This document shows positions 55,910 to 64,000 of a stretch of DNA of 64,000 bases, piece after piece. The DNA is from Thermoanaerobaculia bacterium (GTDB lineage Bacteria; Acidobacteriota; Thermoanaerobaculia; Multivoradales; UBA5704): contig JBGAGQ010000013.1 of the NCBI GenBank assembly GCA_044226625.1, positions 1-64,000 on the forward strand, given 5' to 3'. The position numbers were made by a program, and so were the translations under genes. Position 1 is the stretch's first letter. Each line of letters opens with the position of its first letter. The notes under the pieces are model-generated. The model was not told the origin of the DNA, ran no database searches, and worked only from the letters and a program-made list of their open reading frames with translations.

Positions 55910-55943
55910 AAACAAAAGGGCTCCGCTCAGCGAGCGGAGCCCT
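55910..55943 (-). terminator. Rho-independent terminator between ftsX and the OmpA-family gene
   Basis: 12-bp stem AGGGCTCCGCTC/GAGCGGAGCCCT with a U-rich tail on the minus strand. Confidence 0.75.
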
Positions 55944-55964
55944 CGTCTTCGACCGGGCGACCGG

Positions 55965-57275
55965 TCAGCCGACCGAGAGGACGACCACCGCGCGGCGATC
56001 CGACGCCGCGTCGCCGGTCGACTCGGACGAACCCCGTCCCTCCGTCTGGATACGGCTGGGATCGATCCCGTGGCGGGTCACCAGGTAGCTCTTGACCGCC
56101 TGGGCTCGCTGCTCGCTCAAGCGCTGGTTGGCGTCGCTCGAGCCGGACGGGTCGGAGTAGCCGATCACCAGAGCGCGAAGCTCCGGGTCCTGCTTCATGC
56201 GGAGCGCTACCTCATCGAGCTTCGCCTTGGCGATGTTCGAAATGCGAGCGCTACCGGGAGTGAAGTTCACCGTCACTCGCTGTTCCGGTTTCGGCGCGGG
56301 CGCCGGGGGAGGCGGCGGGGGTTGCGGAGCCGGCGGAGTGGGGGCCGGCGGCGGCGGGGCCGGTTCGGGCTCGGGCTCGGGGGCCGGCGGCGGCGGAGGC
56401 GGCGGAGGAGGGGTCGGACGGACGCGGAAGGCGGCCGGCATGTAGGTCAGGCCGACGAGGCCGCCCAGGGGGCAGTGTTCGTCGATCGAGTCCAGCTGGC
56501 CGAGGTCGGTGCGCAAGGCGAAGTTGAACGCCCAGTTCTGCTCTTCGCCGAGCCACAGGCGTCCACCGGAGGTCAGATCGTACGCATCTTCCGGCAGTAG
56601 ACCGTCGCCCGAGTAGCTGTGACCGACGACCTCGGTGATCCAGTCGAGCCGATCCGAAACCCGGCCCGCATAACCGATGCCTCCCGTGAACTCCCGATCG
56701 AGAATGGCGGGCCCGCTGTTGCGCGAGTCGTAGTAGCCCAGATTGAAGACCCAGTTCCGAACGCGCCAGTCGGCACCGACGCCCGCGCCGACCCGGTCGC
56801 TCGCGACCTTGTCATCGCCGGTCGGCGCTTCGATGAATGCGCTCAGCGCGAACGAGGAATCCTCACCCGGCTCGCCGTAGAGGCGGTACTTGCCTCCCAG
56901 CCGTAGATTGCCGATGCCTGAGTCGTCGAGCCGAAGGCCCGGGAGGTCCCCTTCGTCGAAATCGAAGTCGTCGTAAGGAAGGGACAGCGCGATTTCGAAC
57001 CGGTCGGTCACGCCGTAGCCGAGGCTCGCCGAAAGCCGATTCCAATCGAAGCTCAGCTCGTCGTTCCTACGTGTGGGAAAGTCCTTGATGTCGATCAACC
57101 GATCCCAGTTGTTGTAGTACGTTCCGAAGGACCATTCGCCTCGAGGCAAAGTGTCTCCGGTAAACAAAGTGAAGAGGCCTGTTTCACCCGTCGCGGTCGG
57201 GGCGTTCGCCTCGATGCCTGCGAACGCCGCGCCGGGAACCAGGCAGAGCGAGAGCCACAGAGCGGCTCGTTTCAT
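55965..57275 (-). CDS. OmpA family protein (N-terminal barrel, Pro-rich linker, peptidoglycan-binding domain)
   Basis: AAGGAGA RBS; signal peptide; poly-Pro linker; GYSD..NQRLSEQRAQAVKSYL. Confidence 0.92.
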   Translation of the reverse strand: MKRAALWLSLCLVPGAAFAGIEANAPTATGETGLFTLFTGDTLPRGEWSFGTYYNNWDRLIDIKDFPTRRNDELSFDWNRLSASLGYGVTDRFEIALSLPYDDFDFDEGDLPGLRLDDSGIGNLRLGGKYRLYGEPGEDSSFALSAFIEAPTGDDKVASDRVGAGVGADWRVRNWVFNLGYYDSRNSGPAILDREFTGGIGYAGRVSDRLDWITEVVGHSYSGDGLLPEDAYDLTSGGRLWLGEEQNWAFNFALRTDLGQLDSIDEHCPLGGLVGLTYMPAAFRVRPTPPPPPPPPPAPEPEPEPAPPPPAPTPPAPQPPPPPPAPAPKPEQRVTVNFTPGSARISNIAKAKLDEVALRMKQDPELRALVIGYSDPSGSSDANQRLSEQRAQAVKSYLVTRHGIDPSRIQTEGRGSSESTGDAASDRRAVVVLSVG

Positions 57276-57357
57276 GGGGTTATCTCCTTGGGGTCGTCTT
57301 CGTGGGTTGACTCATCGATGTTAAAGAATGTCCGCGCATGTTGGCAACGCGTACTCT

Positions 57358-57780
57358 TCAGGAGAGCTGCCTTTCATAGCGTCCCGGCCCCACCCGATGG
57401 GTTTGGATGAGGTGAGGATCGATCTCCTCGCCGAGGCCGAGCACGCGCGCTGCGATCCAGGCAATCGTGAGAGTCGGGATCGGACCGGTGAACGGCAGGA
57501 AGGCCTCGAAGGTCGCGACGTTCCGCAGGCCAGGCAAGCGGAGTCGATCGAGGATGATCCACTCGATCGGCGCGGCGAACGAGTCGAGGCCGAGGTCGAG
57601 CAAGTCGAGCCCGACCACCAAGGCCAACGGCACGGCCCGAATCGTGGTGAAAAAATCCGCGTCTTCCGGTACGCGAATCTTCTTGAGCCGGCGGTAGGCC
57701 AAACCGAGGACGAGCACCCCGAGGAGCAACGAGGCGAACATGATCCCACCGACGACGAAGGCGAAGCTTTTGAGCGACAC
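57358..57780 (-). CDS. Hypothetical membrane protein
   Basis: GGAGGAGG RBS before GTG; TM helices; LDLLD..EAFLPFTGPIPTLTIAW. Confidence 0.7.
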   Translation of the reverse strand: MSLKSFAFVVGGIMFASLLLGVLVLGLAYRRLKKIRVPEDADFFTTIRAVPLALVVGLDLLDLGLDSFAAPIEWIILDRLRLPGLRNVATFEAFLPFTGPIPTLTIAWIAARVLGLGEEIDPHLIQTHRVGPGRYERQLS

Positions 57781-57879
57781 CGTCTGAACCTCCTCCGTAT
57801 GAAGCTTTGGAAAGCCGGAAAAATCCGGGCGAGAGAGGATTCAAGCATAAATCGCGCCCGCAGCTGTTCCGGCGGGGAG

Positions 57880-59598
57880 GTGCGGCTGGGAAGGACCTCC
57901 AGAGCGGCGGTGGGATGGCGGGCGATGGCCCTGTCGCTGGGGTTGGGTCTTGCGGCGTGCGGAACCGTCGGAGTGCGCTCCGCGGCCGCTCCTCACCCCT
58001 CGGAGGTGACCGGGCAACGGGCCGATCGATCGGGCCTCTATCTGCTCTACGCCTACCAGGGATTTCTTCGCGACGAGAGCGATGGCTCGGAGCCGCTCGA
58101 TAGCTCCCGTTGGGCCAAAGGCGCGCTCGCGGCCGCGGCGCTGGCGAAAGACGGCTTTCCGGGCACCGCCTCCGATGCCGCGAGGTGGACGGCGGCCGCG
58201 CTCGAAGATTGCGGTTCCCAGACCTTCCGCTGCCAGAACACGCAGCTCACGCTGGGGCGCCTCCTGCTCCAATTCCCGGATGTTCTTCCGCCGGATCTGC
58301 GCTCGCGGGTCCGCCTCGCGGTCTCCCGTGGCGCGCCTCCTCCCGGCCCGGACCAGGTGTCCAATCCCTGGCGATTCACCGAAACCGAAAACCAGCGCGT
58401 GGTCGAAGCGGCGCGGAGCGTGGTGGCTGAGAGCGTCGGGGGGAGAGCCGATTCGGCAGCTATGGCAGGGTGGACCGACTATCTGCGCGCATTTTTTGCC
58501 GTTCACGAGCAGCAGGGGTGGTACGAGGCCGAGAGCCCGGGCTATCTGGCGATCTCGATGACCGCCCTGCTGCAAATCGCTGATTTTGCGCCCGACGAAG
58601 AGTTGCGTGCGGCGGCCCGCCGGGAGCTCGATCGGCTGTTCCTCGCCTGGGCGCGCGAGCAGGCGGGTGGGTTTCCCGCCGGGGCGAAGAGCCGGACCTA
58701 CGTCCACTGGGCGCTCGGTGCGACCAATACCCCCTGGCAGGCATGGGCCTGGCTGCTCGCCGGAATCGGAGAACCGGAGCGCATTCGCTTCGTCGACGCG
58801 CCGCAGCTCGCGGTGAGCCGCTACCGGCCGCCCTCCCGAGCGGTTCGGGCGCTCGCGACCCGTCGCTTCCTGCCGCCTTACGAGATCCGCGCCCGGCGCA
58901 GTCTGCAGACCGGCCGGCGTCGGCCGCTCGACCTCGCCCGAACCTCTTGGGCGACGCCCGACTATGTGCTCGGCGCCGCGCAATCGATCGCCGGGCTCTC
59001 GATTGGAATCTCCGGCGGACAGGAGATCGTGGCGGCTCTCTTCCCCGAGGGAGGGGGATTCGCCCCTCTTTACCTGTGGAGCCGGAACCGCAACCCCCAC
59101 GAGGACCGATGGAAGAGCTGGGTCGGCCAGGATTTCGCGGTCGCCTCGAGAAACCGGGTCGTCGCGCGGTTGGGTCGCACCGACTCCGTTCCGGCTGACC
59201 TCGGACACGCCTATCTCGCCCCCGGATGGAGCCGCCCGATTCCCGTCTCGGATTCGGTCGTCGTCGCCCGCCGGGGTCCCGTCTACGCGGCCCTGGTGAC
59301 CTCCGGAGGCTGGCGCGTGGCACGAGCGGCGGAGCGGTTTCCCGAGTATTTCGGAGGCGATCCTGCGTACTCGCTGGCCTGGGTGGCGGTGCCCGAACGG
59401 CAGCCGGCCGCGATCGCGTTGATCGTGGGAAGGAGGGCCGAGGACGGCGACTTCTCGACGTTCGCCGCGGCGGTCGCCGCGCGCGCGAGCCTGCGGGTGG
59501 TGGGTCGAGAGATCGAGCTGATCGAGGTTGGAGCCGAACGCCTATCCTTTTCGCCCGGAGAATACGCTTATCTCGGTGGACGGTTCCTCTCGCCCTAG
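57880..59598 (+). CDS. Hypothetical lipoprotein, possibly alpha/alpha-toroid (heparinase/lyase-like) fold
   Basis: LAAC lipobox; TENQ and GWYEAESPGY motifs; start 57880 or 57925 (trimmed from ORF 57328). Confidence 0.6.
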   Translation: MRLGRTSRAAVGWRAMALSLGLGLAACGTVGVRSAAAPHPSEVTGQRADRSGLYLLYAYQGFLRDESDGSEPLDSSRWAKGALAAAALAKDGFPGTASDAARWTAAALEDCGSQTFRCQNTQLTLGRLLLQFPDVLPPDLRSRVRLAVSRGAPPPGPDQVSNPWRFTETENQRVVEAARSVVAESVGGRADSAAMAGWTDYLRAFFAVHEQQGWYEAESPGYLAISMTALLQIADFAPDEELRAAARRELDRLFLAWAREQAGGFPAGAKSRTYVHWALGATNTPWQAWAWLLAGIGEPERIRFVDAPQLAVSRYRPPSRAVRALATRRFLPPYEIRARRSLQTGRRRPLDLARTSWATPDYVLGAAQSIAGLSIGISGGQEIVAALFPEGGGFAPLYLWSRNRNPHEDRWKSWVGQDFAVASRNRVVARLGRTDSVPADLGHAYLAPGWSRPIPVSDSVVVARRGPVYAALVTSGGWRVARAAERFPEYFGGDPAYSLAWVAVPERQPAAIALIVGRRAEDGDFSTFAAAVAARASLRVVGREIELIEVGAERLSFSPGEYAYLGGRFLSP

Positions 59599-59780
59599 CC
59601 CGAACTTCTCACCGGGTTTCTGCTGCGGCGGAAAATCTGCCGTCGCCTGCTGCGTTGCGCTAGTTCGGACTCCTCGACGGAGTGTCAACTACGCCTACGT
59701 CGTCCCCCCTTCGCGCGCCTTGCATTCACCGGCATCTCTTCCGCCTCGCCACGAAACCCGGTGAGAATTTCGGGCTAGGG
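59593..59780. mobile_element. MITE-like element with 28-bp inverted ends containing CTAG
   Basis: 59593-59620 and 59753-59780 are reverse complements with 1 mismatch; internal arms also pair; no coding capacity. Confidence 0.7.
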
Positions 59781-59800
59781 ACCTCGACGAAAGGCGAGCG

Positions 59801-59831
59801 AAAAAAAACGGGGCCGCCGAAGCGGCCCCGT
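59801..59831 (-). terminator. Rho-independent terminator of the TonB receptor gene
   Basis: Minus strand CGGGGCCGC-TTCG-GCGGCCCCG followed by T8. Confidence 0.9.
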
Positions 59832-59854
59832 CGTTCTTCCGGTCGAGAGAGGGC

Positions 59855-62752
59855 TTAGAACTTCACCCGAACGCCGATCTGGGTAAGGCGCTGCTCGCCC
59901 TGGCCCGGGTCGCCGGCGAAAGCGGTGGCCTGCCGATAGTTGTTCGCCGTCCGCGTACCGTTGAAGCTGGACGGGTTCTTCGAGTTGGTGACGTTGAACA
60001 TCTCGGCGAGAAGCTCGATGCCGAAGTGGCCGCCGAAGGTGAACTCTTTGGCGATGCGGATGTCGAGCTGCTTGAACGCGGCGCCGCGCAGGCTGTTCGG
60101 CTTCGAGACACCCGGCGCGAGGTCGAGCCGGAAGCCGTCGCCGTTCAGGTCGAGACCCGAGATGTCGGAGTACGGAAGCGCCGAGCGATACCGGAAGGTA
60201 CCGGCGACGTTGATCCCCCAGGGCGCGCGATAGATGCCGCCCAGCGTGAAGCGGTGACGGGCGTCGGTGTTGAGCGGACCTTCGCAGACGCCGCCGCAGA
60301 TCGGATTGAGCGGGTTGAACGAAACGTCGCGGCCGGCCGTCAGGTCGGGCTGGTGGTCGGTCACCGTGAGACGGAACTCATCAGCGCCGCCGAGCACGTT
60401 CCCCTCGGCCTTCGAATAGGTGTAGAAACCCTGGAACTCGAACTTGCCCTTCGGGTCACGAGCGCGGAAACCGATGTTCGCGCCGCGGTAGGTCGCCTTG
60501 CCGTTGCCGTACCAGATCCGGAAGTTGCTGAACTGGGGGAAGCGGCGCGCGCCGGTCGCCGGATCGCGCGGGTTGGCGCGGAACCGGAACGGAATGTCCT
60601 CGTAGTTGACCGAGACGGCTTCGAAGTTGAATCCGAGCCACTCGTTGGCCTGGAGCGAATAGCCGAGCGAGATCTGGTCGGAGTACGGGGTTGCGAGCGT
60701 CGGCGAAGCGACGTCGTTCTCCGGCGGAATCGCCGCACCCGGCAGCTGGTTCGGCGGCAGCGGCTGCCCGACGCGGTAGAAGGAACCGTCGGGGTTGCGG
60801 ATGCCGTTGGGGTTGTTGTTGTTGTAGACCGCGCCGAACCGCGACTGTGCCGCGAGCGCCGGGAAGAGGATCGTGGCGTTGGTGTACGGGAAGTCGTAGT
60901 AGCGACCGAGACCGCCGCGCAGCAGGTGCTTGCCGTCCGACTTGATGTCCCAGGTGAAGCCGAGGCGCGGCGCCCAGTTGTTGTCGTCGTTCTCGAGCTT
61001 GCCGCCCTTTCCGCCCTGGAAGTCGCGCAGATAGCTCTCGTTGTAACGGGTCTGGCTCGACAGCGTCTGCCAGAGAGTGCTCGAGCGCTGGTCGAGGTCG
61101 AAGCCGTCGTTGTAGTCGTAGCGCAGCCCGAGGTTCAGCGTCAGGTTGTCGCTGAACGACCAGTCATCCTGGAAGTAGACGCCGTACTGCTTGATCGGCG
61201 TTTTGTTGCCCGAGAAACCGCCGTTGAAAGTGATGTCCGTGACCGGCGAGTTGAGGTCGTCGCGCAGGAGCGAGAACTGCCCGTTCAGGCCGGTCGAGAA
61301 ATCGCCGCCCAGGGTCGGCTCGTCGACGTAAGCGACGCCGGTCTTGAAGTCATGGCGCCGTCCGCCGAGCGTGCGCGAGAAGCTGAAGTCGTCCTTGTAC
61401 TGGTACTTCGTCTGGTTCGTGGTCTGCGGCGTGTTGATGTTCTGGCCGACCGTAACCCCAGACGGGAAGTACAGGAACGGATCGTTCGAGTCCGCGGTGA
61501 TCGAGTTCTGGAACTTGGTGTACTGGAAGACCGCTTCGTTCAAGGAGTCTGCGCCGAGCTGGGCGGTATGGCCGACCAGAATCGACTTGTAATCGTTGCT
61601 CACGGTGCCGAGCGAGCTGGGCGCCGCCAGCGGGTTCTGGCCGTACTTGTCGCTGTTCTGCTGGAAGCCGTAGCGAACCTGAAGGAACTGCTTCGGGGTG
61701 ACGTCCCAGGAGGCTTTGGCCTGGCCGAGCTCGTCCTCGAACGGCACGACGATCGACTGGCCGTCGAGCGTCGGCAAGACGCCGCCGGTGTTGACCGTGT
61801 AGGCGGTATCGCGCTTGGTCTTCTCGTAGGTGGCGAAGAAGTGGGCCTTGTCCTTGATGATCGGCCCGCCGATCGAAGCGCCGTACTGCTTGCGCTTGTA
61901 GGCTTGCTTGCCGGCCCCGGACTGGTTTTCGGTCTCGGTCTCGGAATTCAGGCTCTTGTCGCGGAAGAAGCCATAGGCGCTACCCTGAAACTGATTCGTG
62001 CCCGACTTCGTGACGACCGACAAGACGCCGCCCGTGGTGCGTCCGTACTCGGCCTTGTACTGCTGGGTCTGGATTTTGAACTCCTGTACGGACTCGAGCG
62101 GGAAGTTCTGGAGCGCGCCGCCGATCGTGTCGTCCGTATTGTCGCCGCCGTCCACAACATAGTTGACGTTACGTCCGAAACCGCCGTTGAGCTGCACGAC
62201 CAGCTGGCCCGGTTTGGTGGGGTCCGTGTTGTAGCCGAGTGTGGTGCCCGGAGCGAGGACCGCGAGGTTCGCGAATTGACGGCCGTTGAGCGGCAGGTTC
62301 TGCAGCTCTTCCTGGCTCACCACCGCGCCGATCGCGGGAGTGTTCGAAACCAGGGGCGCCTCGTCGACGACCGTGATCGATTCCTCGACCGCGGCCGGCT
62401 TGAGCGTGACCGAAAGGTCGCGTTCTGAAGCCACCGAGATCCCGACGTTCTCCACGTTGACCGTCGAGAAGCCGGAAAGCTCGGCGACGACTTTGTAGGT
62501 TCCGGCCGGCAGGGCCGCGAAGCGGAACGAGCCGTCTTCGCCGGAGACGGTGAGCCGGGAGGAGCCGGTCTCGTTGTTGGTCGCGGTCACCGAGACGCCC
62601 GGCAGCCCTGCGCCGGCTTCGTCGACGATGCGTCCGATCAGGCTGCCCGCGGCCGACTGCGCGCCCGCAGGTGCTGCGAGAACCCCCAAGAGGGCCGCTA
62701 CGGCGCAGAGGACGGTAAGCCCACGCCGCAGCAAGTATGCCTTGCCTGTCAT
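59855..62752 (-). CDS. TonB-dependent receptor (Oar-like) with carboxypeptidase-regulatory-like N-domain
   Basis: AAAGGAGA RBS; signal peptide; LPLNGRQFANLAVLAPG, VQEFKI..AEYGR..GG, NNWAPRLGF, C-terminal QIGVRVKF. Confidence 0.93.
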   Translation of the reverse strand: MTGKAYLLRRGLTVLCAVAALLGVLAAPAGAQSAAGSLIGRIVDEAGAGLPGVSVTATNNETGSSRLTVSGEDGSFRFAALPAGTYKVVAELSGFSTVNVENVGISVASERDLSVTLKPAAVEESITVVDEAPLVSNTPAIGAVVSQEELQNLPLNGRQFANLAVLAPGTTLGYNTDPTKPGQLVVQLNGGFGRNVNYVVDGGDNTDDTIGGALQNFPLESVQEFKIQTQQYKAEYGRTTGGVLSVVTKSGTNQFQGSAYGFFRDKSLNSETETENQSGAGKQAYKRKQYGASIGGPIIKDKAHFFATYEKTKRDTAYTVNTGGVLPTLDGQSIVVPFEDELGQAKASWDVTPKQFLQVRYGFQQNSDKYGQNPLAAPSSLGTVSNDYKSILVGHTAQLGADSLNEAVFQYTKFQNSITADSNDPFLYFPSGVTVGQNINTPQTTNQTKYQYKDDFSFSRTLGGRRHDFKTGVAYVDEPTLGGDFSTGLNGQFSLLRDDLNSPVTDITFNGGFSGNKTPIKQYGVYFQDDWSFSDNLTLNLGLRYDYNDGFDLDQRSSTLWQTLSSQTRYNESYLRDFQGGKGGKLENDDNNWAPRLGFTWDIKSDGKHLLRGGLGRYYDFPYTNATILFPALAAQSRFGAVYNNNNPNGIRNPDGSFYRVGQPLPPNQLPGAAIPPENDVASPTLATPYSDQISLGYSLQANEWLGFNFEAVSVNYEDIPFRFRANPRDPATGARRFPQFSNFRIWYGNGKATYRGANIGFRARDPKGKFEFQGFYTYSKAEGNVLGGADEFRLTVTDHQPDLTAGRDVSFNPLNPICGGVCEGPLNTDARHRFTLGGIYRAPWGINVAGTFRYRSALPYSDISGLDLNGDGFRLDLAPGVSKPNSLRGAAFKQLDIRIAKEFTFGGHFGIELLAEMFNVTNSKNPSSFNGTRTANNYRQATAFAGDPGQGEQRLTQIGVRVKF

Positions 62753-62880
62753 CGCTGCAATCTCCTTTGGAAGAACGTCAAGGGACGTTACTACATAGAC
62801 TACGCCAACCTGAACGGAGGGTCGAGAGGGCCCGTCCCGCACGGAAAATCCCCCGCGTTCGGTAACTTTTGGAGCCGCTA

Positions 62881-64000
62881 TCACCCGCCGAGGCGGCCGA
62901 GCAACTGCAGGGCGGCTCGCCTCTGGTCGGCCCAGGCGGGGGTGGTTCCGGCGGCCTGGAGAAAGGCGCGGTAGCTCTCGGCCGCGGCGTTGCGGTCGCC
63001 CGCCATTTCGAGGGCGATCCCCCGATTGATCCACGTTTCCAAGTTCGCCGGGGCGAGCTCCCGCGCGCGGTCGAAGCAGTCGACGGCCTCTCTCGCGCGG
63101 CTCGTTTCCACCAACAAAGCGCCGAGGCCGTTCCACGGCTCGGCATATCGAGGCGCGGCGGCGATCGCCCTACGGTAGGCGCCTTCCGCCTCGGCCGTTC
63201 GGCCGAGCGACCTCGAGGCGTTGCCCAGGTTATTGAGCGCGACGGCATTGCGGGGATCGATCTCCGCCGCTCGTTCGAACTCCCGCCGGGCCTCTTCGCT
63301 TCGCCCTTCCTGGAGTAGCAGCAGGCCTAGGGTGTTGTGCGGCTCGGGTCGCTTCTCGTCGAGCGCGATCGCGCGCGTGATCGCGGCGCGTGCCTCGGAA
63401 CCTCGGCCCCCCTCCTCGAGCGCCACGGCGAGGTCATACCAGACGTCGGCATCCCCGGGAGCGGCGAGCGCCGCTTGGCGAAGCACCGGAATCGCCTCGG
63501 CGCGCCGGCCGTTCTCGCGCAGCGCCTGGGCCAGGCGGCTGCGGAACGTCGCATTACTGGGATCGGCGGCGGCGAGCGCCGAAAGCCCGCGGACGGCCCT
63601 TGGCGCGTCGCCCGTGCGGAGCGCGAGCGCCGCCTGCTCGAAGCGTTGGAACAGCTCGATCCGGTCTTTGGGATCGGGCCGCCCACCTGCGCTCCCGGAA
63701 GCCTTGGCGGCCGCGTCGCTCCCGCCCGCAACGTAGCCGAGGCTCGCGAGCCGCTTCGCGGTCTCCGCGTCGGTCGCGGCGTCGGCCGCAGGCGCCGCAA
63801 CCGCTCCGGCCTCGATCTCGGCCAGGCGCGCGGCGAATCCCGCGCCCGAATTCGGTCGTTGGTCCGAGAGGAGGTTTCTGGATTCGCCCGGATCGCGAGC
63901 CAGGTCATAGAGCTCCGGCCGCGGTGCCGAGATGTATTTCGCTTCCCGGCGGCGGAGCATGGAAAGCGGGCTCCAACCGAAGATCTCGGGGTAGCGGGTC
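62881..64000 (-). CDS. Sulfatase-TPR fusion protein, C-terminal part (5' end outside the window)
   Basis: FGWSPL..KYISAPRPELYDLARDPGESRNL..LASLGYV..DPKD sulfatase tail followed by multiple TPRs. Confidence 0.85.
   Translation of the reverse strand, partial: TRYPEIFGWSPLSMLRRREAKYISAPRPELYDLARDPGESRNLLSDQRPNSGAGFAARLAEIEAGAVAAPAADAATDAETAKRLASLGYVAGGSDAAAKASGSAGGRPDPKDRIELFQRFEQAALALRTGDAPRAVRGLSALAAADPSNATFRSRLAQALRENGRRAEAIPVLRQAALAAPGDADVWYDLAVALEEGGRGSEARAAITRAIALDEKRPEPHNTLGLLLLQEGRSEEARREFERAAEIDPRNAVALNNLGNASRSLGRTAEAEGAYRRAIAAAPRYAEPWNGLGALLVETSRAREAVDCFDRARELAPANLETWINRGIALEMAGDRNAAAESYRAFLQAAGTTPAWADQRRAALQLLGRLGG

Noticed and set aside
56290-56415. GGC/GGA-rich low-complexity tract
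   Set aside because: Encodes the ordinary proline-rich linker of the OmpA-family protein.
62753-62880. Possible riboswitch upstream of the TonB-dependent receptor
   Set aside because: No cobalamin, TPP or other aptamer consensus recognisable by eye; an Rfam scan would be needed to exclude it fully.

Overview
GC-rich bacterial chromosomal window. The gene set (Oar-like TonB receptor, DUF4388/GAF signalling genes, PDZ-GAF-PAS kinase, sulfatase-TPR fusion, XRE clusters) suggests Acidobacteriota, possibly Thermoanaerobaculia; this is an inference. About 50 real CDS are present, mostly housekeeping, envelope and signalling genes (hflX, gatB, ftsEX, ComF, Fur, ECF sigma, NtrC-type two-component system, GGDEF-EAL, OmpA), plus tRNA-Ala(GGC). 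Most long overlapping ORFs in the track are antisense or frame shadows. The most notable elements are absent from the ORF track: (1) a 59-aa orphan lanthipeptide/RiPP-like precursor at 8828-9007; (2) a phased array of a 13-bp palindrome with 20-bp period and polar decay at about 44948-45240; (3) a Type ISP restriction-modification gene fragment bracketed by short inverted repeats at 87-304; (4) a CTAG-bounded MITE-like hairpin element with 28-bp inverted ends at 59593-59780; (5) two genes (PIN toxin, ftsE) that appear to start at CTG; (6) an MscS-DEP domain fusion; (7) readable sigma54 and ECF promoters. All family assignments come from motif recognition by eye, not from database searches.
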